Assembly (NCBI GenBank): GCA_022795155.1
Contig: JAAWGF010000003.1
Coordinates: 13,775-77,774 of the forward strand
DNA: 64,000 nucleotides
Direction of reading: 5' to 3'
From: Bacilli bacterium
GTDB lineage: Bacteria; Bacillota_I; Bacilli_A; RF39; UBA660
In this document: positions 31,249 through 40,748 of the stretch, one piece after another
Layout: each line of letters begins with the position of its first letter
Numbering within the stretch: the stretch's first letter is position 1
Made by a program: the position numbers and the translations under genes
Notes under the pieces: model-generated
Seen by the model: the letters and a program-made list of their open reading frames with translations, nothing else
The model's database searches: none
What the model was told of the DNA's origin: nothing

Positions 31249-31872
31249 TTATATACATTTATGATACTTTTTTTGATATATATTGTTTGAATTTATTTTG
31301 TTTACTAATCGTTTTAGTTCATTAGTTGGAAGTTGGCAAGAACTATTTATTGCATTAAAAATATCAAAATAATATTCATTTAGTTCCAATTCAAAGTCTT
31401 TTATTACTTCATTTTTTTCCTCTAAATTTCTAAATTTCATACATAGTAACTCATAAATATAACAAATAGTATCAAAAATCTTATATTTAAATAAATTTGA
31501 TATATTTTTTTCAGAAAGAAGCGCTATCAAACTGTTTAAATTTTTAACAACACATTCAACTTCATATATATTATTAGTCACTGTTGCAACACTATATATT
31601 GCACTAACAAAACGATAATATATATATTTATTACTTAATAAAATTAAATTATCCAAATTACTTGATATTGGAGTTAACGTTTTTTTTAATTTACTGAGTC
31701 TATCATTTATTAATACTTTATTTAATCCATTTACAACTTCATCATTTAAATTATTATCTTTATTTATTTTATCATATATTGTTAATATATCACTAGGCAT
31801 AATTTTTTCATTCATAAGTTTTTCTATCGTAGATTGTTGGAAATCCATAAAATTTATTACCCTTTCTTTCAA
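31249..31872 (-). CDS. Hypothetical protein
   Basis: 207 aa soluble; no recognisable motif. Confidence 0.35.
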   Translation of the reverse strand: MKERVINFMDFQQSTIEKLMNEKIMPSDILTIYDKINKDNNLNDEVVNGLNKVLINDRLSKLKKTLTPISSNLDNLILLSNKYIYYRFVSAIYSVATVTNNIYEVECVVKNLNSLIALLSEKNISNLFKYKIFDTICYIYELLCMKFRNLEEKNEVIKDFELELNEYYFDIFNAINSSCQLPTNELKRLVNKINSNNIYQKKYHKCI

Positions 31873-32737
31873 AGCCGCTTTTTCATGATATCATTCTAAA
31901 ATCAAAAAGTCAACTATTTTTTTTATAAAATTTAAATAAAAAATTCGACAAAATAACACATAAAAGAACCAGTTAATAGTTGGTTCTTAATCTATATAAA
32001 ACGCTAAAAGCATTAGCGTACTAATTAACAAGTATAGATTATCTAAAATTAATTTTATACTATCATCTATACTTGTCGTAAAATGATTAATACTATATTT
32101 ATATAATTTTTTAATAACTTAATAGTGAAGACAACACAATAGAAGAATATTTTAAAATAAGCACATTTAATAATATGTTGGTAATAATATTTATAGAACT
32201 ATAATGTCCTATTTTTAATATATCCAATTTTGGTAAATTATTCATCTTTATAACATATTCTTTACTCTCAATCTCAATATCCTCCATAATAATATATTCT
32301 AATTATTTAATTTGGTGAATAAAATTAAACCAATTTGTATTCTCCAGCAATAATTCCATCATCAAAATAGAATTCTATTACATATTTATTATATTTCTTA
32401 CAAATAATTATCACTATAGTCTTATTTTGAATAATTTTCTTAAGATTTTTATAAACATAATTCATATAAACTTGTATTGCCCAATATATTTTTTCTTAAG
32501 TTGCCTATTTGATAATTTTTTTGCTATAACCTTTACCAAATTCTATAATTAATCTTTTGAAATATTCTTTAATTATGCCTTCACCATAATATTTACTAGC
32601 TTCACTTGACATTTTTCTAACATTATAATAAGTATTTAAATCATTTTTATTTATTGAATAATTCTTAACCTTCCTATTTATTTCATTATTTTACGGTTCA
32701 CTCCTTATCCATTATGATAATTCATCTATACGCCTTT

Positions 32738-34861
32738 TTATGATGGACAAGTTTCTATTTCTAATTTATTACCTTTAATTTTAAACCTAACACTCCCATC
32801 TGTATCTGTTCTATATATTTTAGACATTTCTAAATTTTCTAATATGTCATTATTAGGATGACCATACCTATTATTCTTTCCCACTGATATTATTGAATAT
32901 TTCGGATTGATATAATCAATAAAATGTTTTCCACTACTTGTTTTACTACCATGATGACCTACCTTTAATATATCTATTTTTGGTAAATTATATTTCGATA
33001 AAATATATTTCTCACTATCTATTCCGACATCACTCATAAATAATATATTATGATTGTTGATTTTTACTAAAATAATTAAACTATCTTCATTTTCAGAATT
33101 TAAGTCACTATCATTTAAGAAATAAAACTTATAATTGGAAATAGAAAGCATATTTTGACTAAAGTGTTTTATATTAATGTTGTACTTTTTAGCAACTAAA
33201 AGAATCTCTTGCTCTAATGAGTTATCATTTCCGCTATTTAAAATAAGGTTGGAAACATAATAATTACTAATTAACTTCTGTGCTTCGCCAGCATGATCAT
33301 AATCACCATGGCTCAAAATCAAATAATCTAGTTTTTTAATTCCTAATGATTTTAAATAAGGTATTGTTTTATTTAATGCAATCGAATATTCACTTATTTC
33401 TAGTAATCCCTTTTTATTATAATTAACTACTCCCCCTGTATCTATTAAAATATTTCCTTTATTATGCGGTAAACTAATTAAAATGCTATCTCCTTGTCCA
33501 ACATCAAGCATTGTAATAATAGGATATTTATTAAATATTAAAATATTATTATGAATGAACAAAACGGGAACTAAGATTAAAATACTTTGATATTTTCCTT
33601 TCTTAAATAAACATAATATTACTGTTATTAAAATATAATAACCAATAATAAGGTATATATTTAACTTACATAAAGTAATATTCAAAAAATCTATTTTTGA
33701 ACAAAATAATGACATATTTTCTAAAATATTAAGAAAAAATATTAAGATATGATTAAATAATGGAAAAATAAAAGTTATTAATGTTAATGGAAACACAAGA
33801 TAAGACACAAGTGGAACAAAGACTAAATTAAAAATAATGGAAAGCAAATTAATACTAAAAAAATTATTAATGACAATTGGTAGGCTTGCTAGAAATGATA
33901 TAATAGAAGTTACCAATAATTTAACATAATAATTTCTATGATTATTTATCAATTCGCTAAAAATAATTAAATAAAAAGTAATTATGAAACTGAAGACAAA
34001 TCCTATACTATAAATATAAAAAGGATTATAGAAAAGTAAACAAATACATGTTAAAATTAATAAATTAATTGTTTTAATTTTAAAATTAAATATCTCGTTT
34101 ATAGATACTAAAATAAAAAATAAAACAGTTCGCATTATAGATGGCGTAAAATTAGCCATAAAAGCATAAATTAAAAGGAATAAAGTAAGAAGTATTTTAT
34201 TTAATATATCATTTTTAGATATTTTTTTTAAAAAATATAAAATTAGAGTTGAAAATAAAGTAACATGCATACCAGAAATAGCGAACAAATGACTAACACC
34301 ATTAATTTGATAACTATTCTTGATATTATTATCTATTAAACTAGTATCTCCTAATATAAATGCATTTAAATAATTAGAACTAGATAGTTTATTAATTCTA
34401 GAGATAATCATGTTTTTTATTCGATAATGAAAAGAAATATTATTATTTATTTTTGTTATCGAGGTAGCATTATAAAGACGATATATCTTCTTACTTTTTA
34501 AATAATTACGATAATTAAATAAATTAAAAACCGTATTTTTATTTGGAATTATAAAAGTTCCATTAACAACCAATTTATCACCAAGTTGATATCTAGCTTT
34601 AATATCCACTAACTCTTTATCATCTTTTACATAATAAGTAACAATAATTTTTTCTTGTGCAATCAATTCTAATTTAAGTTTATTTCCATCAATCTTAATT
34701 GAATTTATAATACCGATTATTGTTTGTTCAGAGCCATTATATTTAAAAGGTGGATTGATATTTTTATAGATTACATAAATAAGTGTAAATAAAATTAAGA
34801 TAAAATATAAATGTCTAGATTGTAATATTGTCTTTAATTTGCTCAAATACTTTTTCACCAA
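32738..34861 (-). CDS. comEC: DNA internalisation competence protein ComEC/Rec2
   Basis: 707 aa; polytopic competence domain plus a C-terminal metallo-beta-lactamase fold (LILSHGDYDHAGEA). The true start is probably an internal Met, since the track ORF overlaps comEA by 47 nt. Confidence 0.9.
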   Translation of the reverse strand: MVKKYLSKLKTILQSRHLYFILILFTLIYVIYKNINPPFKYNGSEQTIIGIINSIKIDGNKLKLELIAQEKIIVTYYVKDDKELVDIKARYQLGDKLVVNGTFIIPNKNTVFNLFNYRNYLKSKKIYRLYNATSITKINNNISFHYRIKNMIISRINKLSSSNYLNAFILGDTSLIDNNIKNSYQINGVSHLFAISGMHVTLFSTLILYFLKKISKNDILNKILLTLFLLIYAFMANFTPSIMRTVLFFILVSINEIFNFKIKTINLLILTCICLLFYNPFYIYSIGFVFSFIITFYLIIFSELINNHRNYYVKLLVTSIISFLASLPIVINNFFSINLLSIIFNLVFVPLVSYLVFPLTLITFIFPLFNHILIFFLNILENMSLFCSKIDFLNITLCKLNIYLIIGYYILITVILCLFKKGKYQSILILVPVLFIHNNILIFNKYPIITMLDVGQGDSILISLPHNKGNILIDTGGVVNYNKKGLLEISEYSIALNKTIPYLKSLGIKKLDYLILSHGDYDHAGEAQKLISNYYVSNLILNSGNDNSLEQEILLVAKKYNINIKHFSQNMLSISNYKFYFLNDSDLNSENEDSLIILVKINNHNILFMSDVGIDSEKYILSKYNLPKIDILKVGHHGSKTSSGKHFIDYINPKYSIISVGKNNRYGHPNNDILENLEMSKIYRTDTDGSVRFKIKGNKLEIETCPS

Positions 34862-35513
34862 TACCTGTTACATTCATAATATCCTCTATTTTAGTAAAAT
34901 TTCCATATTCCTCTCGATATTTAATAATAGCCTTGGCTTTGGACTCACCAATACCTGATAATGTTTGTAACTGATCTATAGTAGCTGTATTTAATGATAT
35001 TTTTTGATTAATACTAAAATTACCATTACTTACATTATTATTACTTTCATTATCCTTTACTAAGCATGCATCATTTTCTAGTTTTGGACAATTGCATTCA
35101 TGCTCGACATATTGAACTAATACATTATTTCCTTTCATAGCTTGAACCTCATCATATGTATAAATAATAATAACCATTTCATCAAAAAGGCTTTTGCTTA
35201 AATTTATAACTGATGTATCAGCTGTTTCTAATAATCCTCCGCTTTTTTCGATTGCATCGATAACCCTTTCACCATTTTCAAAACTATAAACACCTGGATT
35301 CACAACTGCTCCTTTAATATTAACCTTGGTATTGTTAGAAGAAATTTGTAAGTTATCATTGCTATTAATTAATAATTCATCAAGTGTATCAATAGTTGGC
35401 GCTTTATTTTTAATACCAATCAAGTAGATAATTACTATTAGTATAATTAAAGGTCCTATAATTAAAATGGCCTTTCGATAATATTTTTTTATGTATATCA
35501 TTTTATCACCCAA
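34815..35513 (-). CDS. comEA: Competence protein ComEA (SLBB + tandem helix-hairpin-helix DNA-binding)
   Basis: N-terminal TM; VNIKGAVVNPGVYSF SLBB motif; C-terminal LNTATIDQLQTLSGIGESKAKAIIKYREEYGNFTKIEDIMNVTGIGEKVFEQI HhH pair. Confidence 0.85.
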   Translation of the reverse strand: MGDKMIYIKKYYRKAILIIGPLIILIVIIYLIGIKNKAPTIDTLDELLINSNDNLQISSNNTKVNIKGAVVNPGVYSFENGERVIDAIEKSGGLLETADTSVINLSKSLFDEMVIIIYTYDEVQAMKGNNVLVQYVEHECNCPKLENDACLVKDNESNNNVSNGNFSINQKISLNTATIDQLQTLSGIGESKAKAIIKYREEYGNFTKIEDIMNVTGIGEKVFEQIKDNITI

Positions 35514-35564
35514 TTATAAATATATACATAAATTATTAAAAACCCTTTTTTCACAAAAAAAAAT

Positions 35565-36107
35565 CTATTTTCTAGATTTTTTTACTTTGATATTTTTTTT
35601 ACTAAATTCGGTCCAAGCATTAAAAATGTCCTCAAGACACTCATTCTCCATTTCTAAATATGTATTAAAATCTCTAATGTCTATTGGTTCTAGAAACAAT
35701 AGTTTATTTTGACTAATTGTAAATAATACATCGTCTTCTCTTAAATGATTAGACATAATAGTCGAACTAGTACAATAGTCATTATTTTTAATTAAGTGGA
35801 CAATTGGAATTATTTTGCCAGTTTTAATTTCCTTAACATAATTATCATTAACTACAGTTACTAAAATGCTACCCATAAGATTAAAAACATCTTCATATTT
35901 ATTGTCTTCTACATAATATGGCTGCTTTTCATCTTTAAAGCTATATAAAAGTATTTTATACATATCTGAATGTAAAATATTATTAATATTGCTAATATGA
36001 TTATGACCTATAAGATATCTACATTGTGTTCGAATAGGATTTTTTCCGTTAACTATATCTATTACTTCTTGATTAGGTTTGCTGATATATTTTTTATTAT
36101 TATCCAT
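35565..36107 (-). CDS. Hypothetical protein
   Basis: Track ORF 35565..36170; a start at MDNNKKY (36107) is more plausible. No family recognised. Confidence 0.35.
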   Translation of the reverse strand: MDNNKKYISKPNQEVIDIVNGKNPIRTQCRYLIGHNHISNINNILHSDMYKILLYSFKDEKQPYYVEDNKYEDVFNLMGSILVTVVNDNYVKEIKTGKIIPIVHLIKNNDYCTSSTIMSNHLREDDVLFTISQNKLLFLEPIDIRDFNTYLEMENECLEDIFNAWTEFSKKNIKVKKSRK

Positions 36108-36183
36108 TATATCCCCCTTTGCATTGCATATACTATCACTATTAATATATAAAGTCAAGAAAAAAATCAAATAGATATTTGAT

Positions 36184-36495
36184 TTAGAAAAACTTATCTA
36201 TATCTTTTGGAACCTTATCATTAACAACAGCTTCAATTATTTTATTTTCTTTTTCTTTTGGAACTTCTTTTCCAGTTAGCGCTCCAAGTTCTTGAATAAC
36301 CTCTCTTAGAGTAGCCTCATTCTTTAAATCATTTTGTTGAAGTTTTTTAGCCAGTTCTAGGATAGTATCCTTTCCAACATTAGTCTTCTTTTCAATTTTA
36401 TTGAAAAATTTATCAGAAAAATTAAACATATACTTTCCTCCTAATGTAGTATATGTTTTTATCTTTTTTTGGTTAATACTATAGTTCCTGTTCAC
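36184..36495 (-). CDS. Small K/E-rich hypothetical protein (weak resemblance to small sporulation proteins such as SpoVIF)
   Basis: 103 aa by the track; real start likely MFNFSDKFFNKIEKKTNVGKDTILELAKKL...; family assignment is weak. Confidence 0.3.
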   Translation of the reverse strand: MNRNYSINQKKIKTYTTLGGKYMFNFSDKFFNKIEKKTNVGKDTILELAKKLQQNDLKNEATLREVIQELGALTGKEVPKEKENKIIEAVVNDKVPKDIDKFF

Positions 36496-37801
36496 CTTTA
36501 TTCTTAAAATTAATAACTATTGGCGTTCCTTCAAAATCAAATGATTCGCGGATTTTATTTTCTAAATAACGCTTATATGAGAAATGAACTAATCCTTTAC
36601 TATTAACTTGAATATTAAAGGTTGGTGGACATGTATCTGCTTGATTAGAAAAATAAATTTTTAAACGTTTACCTTTATAGGAAGGTGGCAGATTTAGAGC
36701 ATAAGCTTCATTAATAACATCATTTAAGACACTTGTCTTAATTTCTTTTTTACTATTGTTATATACTTTGATTACTTCAGGCATTAAAGTATGAATTCGT
36801 CTTTTAGTTAAAGCTGATAAAAAGACAATTGGTGCATATGGCATAAATTGAAAATTAGCTCTTATATCTTTAATAAATTTTTTCATATTTTCATCTTTTT
36901 CATCAATTAAATCCCATTTATTAACCGCTATAATAATAGCCTTTCCTGCCTCTAAAGCATAACTCGCGATATGTTTATCATGTTCAATAATGCCTTCTTC
37001 GGCATTAATAACTAGAATACATACATCTGATCTATCAATAGCTCTTAGACTTCTAAGTAAACTATATTTTTCTATTTTTTCATAAACTTTACCTTTTTTG
37101 CGCATTCCAGCCGTATCAATAACAACAAATTCTTCACCATGATAAGAAAAAACGGTATCAATCGCATCCCTTGTCGTTCCCGCCTCACTACTAACAATTA
37201 CCCTATCTTCATTTAAAATTGCATTAACAAGACTGCTTTTACCAACATTAGGACGTCCAATAATCGAAAATTTAATCATAGCCGAATTATATTCGTCATT
37301 AATAATTTCTTTAAAATTTTCCGTAATTTTATCTAGTAATTCAAATATGCCATTATTTTGTTCACCACTTATATTAATATAAGTATCAAAGCCTAATTCG
37401 TAAAAATCATATTGATGTTCTAAAAATAATTTGCTATCAGTTTTATTTATAGCAACAATAACACGTTTTTGAGACTTTAGTAACATATCTCTAACAATTA
37501 AATCATTAGAGGTAAGGCCCTGTTTTCCATCAACAACGAAAACAATCGTATCTGCTTCATCAATAGCTAATTCAACTTGAACTTTTATTTCATCATTGAA
37601 AATTTCTTTACTAATATCAATTCCACCTGTATCAATTAAATGGAATTTATAATTTTCAAATTCGACCATTCCATACACACGATCTCTTGTAACACCCGGT
37701 GTATCTTCTATTATGGCGATTCTTTTACCAACTAAACAGTTAAAAAGAGTGGATTTACCGACATTTGGTCTTCCTACTAATGCAACAACTGGCTTTTTCA
37801 T
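36479..37801 (-). CDS. der: Ribosome-biogenesis GTPase Der (EngA)
   Basis: 440 aa; two tandem G domains (GRPNVGKSTLFN and GRPNVGKSSLVN) plus a C-terminal KH-like domain. Confidence 0.96.
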   Translation of the reverse strand: MKKPVVALVGRPNVGKSTLFNCLVGKRIAIIEDTPGVTRDRVYGMVEFENYKFHLIDTGGIDISKEIFNDEIKVQVELAIDEADTIVFVVDGKQGLTSNDLIVRDMLLKSQKRVIVAINKTDSKLFLEHQYDFYELGFDTYINISGEQNNGIFELLDKITENFKEIINDEYNSAMIKFSIIGRPNVGKSSLVNAILNEDRVIVSSEAGTTRDAIDTVFSYHGEEFVVIDTAGMRKKGKVYEKIEKYSLLRSLRAIDRSDVCILVINAEEGIIEHDKHIASYALEAGKAIIIAVNKWDLIDEKDENMKKFIKDIRANFQFMPYAPIVFLSALTKRRIHTLMPEVIKVYNNSKKEIKTSVLNDVINEAYALNLPPSYKGKRLKIYFSNQADTCPPTFNIQVNSKGLVHFSYKRYLENKIRESFDFEGTPIVINFKNKGEQEL

Positions 37802-37840
37802 CTTATCACCTCTAATATTAAAAAAACTTATCTAAGTAAG

Positions 37841-38338
37841 TTATTTATTATAAAACAATAAATTGTTTTTTTTCATAATTCCTTCTATATCATAACATAT
37901 TTCTTTGCAATATTCTAGTAAATTACCAAAATTTATATTATCAATTTGATCATTTAATTTAATATATAATTCATTATTGTATTTATATAGAGAATAATTA
38001 ATATTATTTAAATAATTTTTAGCTCCAAAGAAATCTGCTATTTTATATAAAAAATTGGCGTTATTATGAATAGTTACTTGCGTATCGATTTGGTCAATTA
38101 AATAATCATAATATTCAATATCTTCATGTCTCATTGTAATGATAACGCCATAGTTATTATCTATATATGCATCAATGTTATAATAACCGCTTATTTTAAG
38201 ATTGTAAGAATTTTTTAAATTAAAAAATAAATCGTTCATATACTCTTCTAAAGCATTTAAATCTAAAAAATCAGTTTGTTTTGTATAATACCTATTTAAA
38301 TAAATAGTAATATCTTCATCACTCACATTAACTTTCAT
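37841..38338 (-). CDS. MecA-like adaptor protein (possible; shorter paralog)
   Basis: 165 aa; N-terminus MKVNVSDEDITIYLNRYY versus MecA MEIERINEHTVKFYMSY; C-terminus SLYKYNNELYIKLND...NLLEYCKEI versus MecA LYSFENRYYLYVDF...ILLEYATES. Confidence 0.4.
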   Translation of the reverse strand: MKVNVSDEDITIYLNRYYTKQTDFLDLNALEEYMNDLFFNLKNSYNLKISGYYNIDAYIDNNYGVIITMRHEDIEYYDYLIDQIDTQVTIHNNANFLYKIADFFGAKNYLNNINYSLYKYNNELYIKLNDQIDNINFGNLLEYCKEICYDIEGIMKKNNLLFYNK

Positions 38339-38381
38339 CTTATCACCTAAATTATTGTATGAATAAGATTAAAATTTGCGC

Positions 38382-38963
38382 TTACATTGTTCGTTCAATT
38401 TTTTCTAGTGTTTCATCACGACCTAATTTAGTAACATTTGAAAACATAACAAAATCGTCTCCTACAACTAATTCTAAATCTTCTAGCAATTGCGCTCTTT
38501 GCTTTTGTTGTAAGGTAATTCCAACTTTATCAGTTTTGGTAGCGACAATCGTAACTGGTATCTTATAATGTTTTAAAAAATTATACATCATTGTATCATC
38601 ACTACTTAACTTATTACGAAAATCAATTAACATAAAAACTTGTTTTAAATTAGGACGATTAACTAAATAGTCCTCCATCATTAAACCAAATTTTTTTTGT
38701 TTTTGCTTACTTAAATTAGCGTATCCATAACCAGGTGCATCAACTAAATAAAAACTATTATTAACTAAATAAAAATTAATTGTTTGTGTTTTACCTGGAT
38801 TTGAAGATGTTCTAGCATAATTTTTACGACTTATAATCGTATTAATAAAACTACTTTTTCCAACATTAGAACGTCCTACTAATAAATATTCAGGTAATTC
38901 GTCAGTCGGATATTGACTACGTCTTACAGCACTAATAACTAAATCAACACTAGTGATTTTCAT
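38382..38963 (-). CDS. engB: Ribosome-biogenesis GTPase EngB (YsxC/YihA)
   Basis: 193 aa; G1 GRSNVGKSSFIN, G3 DAPGYG, G4 TKTDK. Confidence 0.92.
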   Translation of the reverse strand: MKITSVDLVISAVRRSQYPTDELPEYLLVGRSNVGKSSFINTIISRKNYARTSSNPGKTQTINFYLVNNSFYLVDAPGYGYANLSKQKQKKFGLMMEDYLVNRPNLKQVFMLIDFRNKLSSDDTMMYNFLKHYKIPVTIVATKTDKVGITLQQKQRAQLLEDLELVVGDDFVMFSNVTKLGRDETLEKIERTM

Positions 38964-39095
38964 TTTTTCACCTTTTTTCTACTAAATACTATTTTAATTA
39001 TACTCTAACGTTTATTTTTAGTCAACTTATGATTTTTATTGACATTATAATTATTAATGTTATAATACTTGAAAAAAAAGGTGGGGGGGGAAGTT

Positions 39096-39992
39096 ATGAG
39101 CAATCGGATTATAAAAGGTATAAATATTTTGTCAAATCAAATGATAAATTTGCACATCGATAAAGAACCTATAATCATTGATGAAATGCAACTAACATAT
39201 GAAAATGATAGCCAAAAAGCTGAAGTAATTTCTACGGAAACAGGCATACCAGTTAAATATATATATGACTATTCAAAAAATTATACTAAAAATTGGATTA
39301 AAATTGATGGTAAATGGTTTTTCGTAAAGAAAACATATGATAATTTAAAATTTTTTAATGAATTACTCGGTCAAGAAATATCTAGTTATTTTCAACTAGA
39401 AACAGTTAATTATAAAATTGCTAAAAAATTTGAAGACTGTTATTTTGACAATTGTTTATTATCAGAAAACTTTTTTGATAATAATTATGATTATCTTACT
39501 TTTGAAGATTTACAAATAGATACTATAGATAAAAAATTAGCCGAAAGATTAAATTTAATCAAACAAGTATGTAAAAAATATAAAGATGAAAATTATTTAT
39601 TATTAGAAGATATTATAAAAATGAGCATTCGCGATTTATATTCTAATATGCATGACCGTCATAATCGAAACTTCTTCTTTAAAAAAAATGATAATGGCAT
39701 TAGACTGGCACCACTATTTGATTATGAACATTCTTTTATAACACCACCTTCTTTATATCAGAATCCACTATTAAGATTAGACATTTACGATAAAGAAACT
39801 GGAGAATTAATAAAAAATGATGATAATTTTCAAGAATCAATTAATAGATTAATGGATATAAACATTGAAAAATTATTAGAAATTACCCAAGAAAAAAATG
39901 GTATAAGTATTTCAGACGGACTTAAAAATATATTTATTAATCATGATAGAAATGCTAAAAACATCGTTAAAAGTTTTTACTTAAGAAAATAG
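39096..39992 (+). CDS. HipA C-terminal-domain-like kinase, orphan (no adjacent partner gene)
   Basis: Start taken at ATG 39096 (MSNRIIKG), 5 nt after a G8 tract acting as the SD; the track ORF starts at 39069. Catalytic loop MHDRHNRNFFF is a perfect DxHxxN. LAPLFDYEHSF matches HipA LAPAYDL. NELLGQEISSYFQLETVNYKI matches the HipA_C start. Confidence 0.5.
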   Translation: MSNRIIKGINILSNQMINLHIDKEPIIIDEMQLTYENDSQKAEVISTETGIPVKYIYDYSKNYTKNWIKIDGKWFFVKKTYDNLKFFNELLGQEISSYFQLETVNYKIAKKFEDCYFDNCLLSENFFDNNYDYLTFEDLQIDTIDKKLAERLNLIKQVCKKYKDENYLLLEDIIKMSIRDLYSNMHDRHNRNFFFKKNDNGIRLAPLFDYEHSFITPPSLYQNPLLRLDIYDKETGELIKNDDNFQESINRLMDINIEKLLEITQEKNGISISDGLKNIFINHDRNAKNIVKSFYLRK

Positions 39993-40010
39993 AGACAATT
40001 TTTTGTCTCT
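39991..40010. terminator. Bidirectional hairpin terminator between convergent genes
   Basis: AGAGACAA-TTTT-TTGTCTCT perfect 8-bp inverted repeat flanked by T/A runs. Confidence 0.65.
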
Positions 40011-40021
40011 ATTTTATAATA

Positions 40022-40735
40022 CTAACGAATATATTTTTTCTTTGGCGCTAATTTTGATAATAGAGCAATTATTCCAACTAAAGAAATTATTACTACTATA
40101 ATAAATCCATTATTGCTTAAATCTAAAGTTTTTGGATTTGTTGCATTAGTTTCAACTAAAACATAAGTGCTAAAATGGTCTGTTTCAAATTCAGCATAAT
40201 TATCTTTAACAGATACATTAAATTTAGTTAAATCTCCATTATCTTCATTTGCTCTTGTATCATTAAATTTTATATTATTATTTATTAAATAAGAACGTTT
40301 ATATATTTTACCATGCATATAAACAAAATTAGCTTCATACATTTCTCGCTTATTATCATGTTCATATAAAATATTACTAATAACTAAATCCGTTTTTGTT
40401 TCTTTAATTTTTTTATATAGTAATTCTACGGAATAACAATTATAAAAAGTATCATCAGCATCAATAAACATAATATATTCGGAATTACTATTATCTATAC
40501 CATACTGTCTAGCAATACCTGGTCCACTATTTTTTTAAAGTGTTAATTCCACTATATTAATCCAATTTTTTAAAAAAGAAATTTCTTCTTGATAATTATA
40601 ATCAGATGCATCATTTACTATATAAACATTTAAACAGTTCTTTATTGTTTGTAAAGAAATACTTGCTAATGTTTTAAAAATTGTTTCTTTGGCATTATAG
40701 GCTGGTATTATTATATCAATCATTTCAATCACCAC
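40022..40735 (-). pseudogene. Family-2 glycosyltransferase pseudogene: in-frame TAA splits it, and the remnant is fused in frame to a sortase-type cell-wall-anchor tail
   Basis: Track ORFs 40535..40735 (IIIPAYNAKETI...SISLQT, GT2 N-terminus) and 40022..40471 lie in the same frame, separated by TAA at minus 40537..40535 next to an A7 run. Read-through gives ...ELTL*KNSGPGIARQYGIDNSNSEYIMFIDADD (GT2 DxD motif). The second ORF ends ...FSTYVLVETNATNPKTLDLSNNGFIIVVIISLVGIIALLSKLAPKKKYIR, which is an NPKT sorting signal plus TM plus a basic tail. Confidence 0.6.
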
Positions 40736-40748
40736 ATTTTATTATTTT

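Noticed and set aside
40472-40534. Frameshift at the A7 run as the cause of the split GT2 gene
   Set aside because: Both halves are in the same reading frame. The break is an in-frame TAA (nonsense) and not a homopolymer slip.
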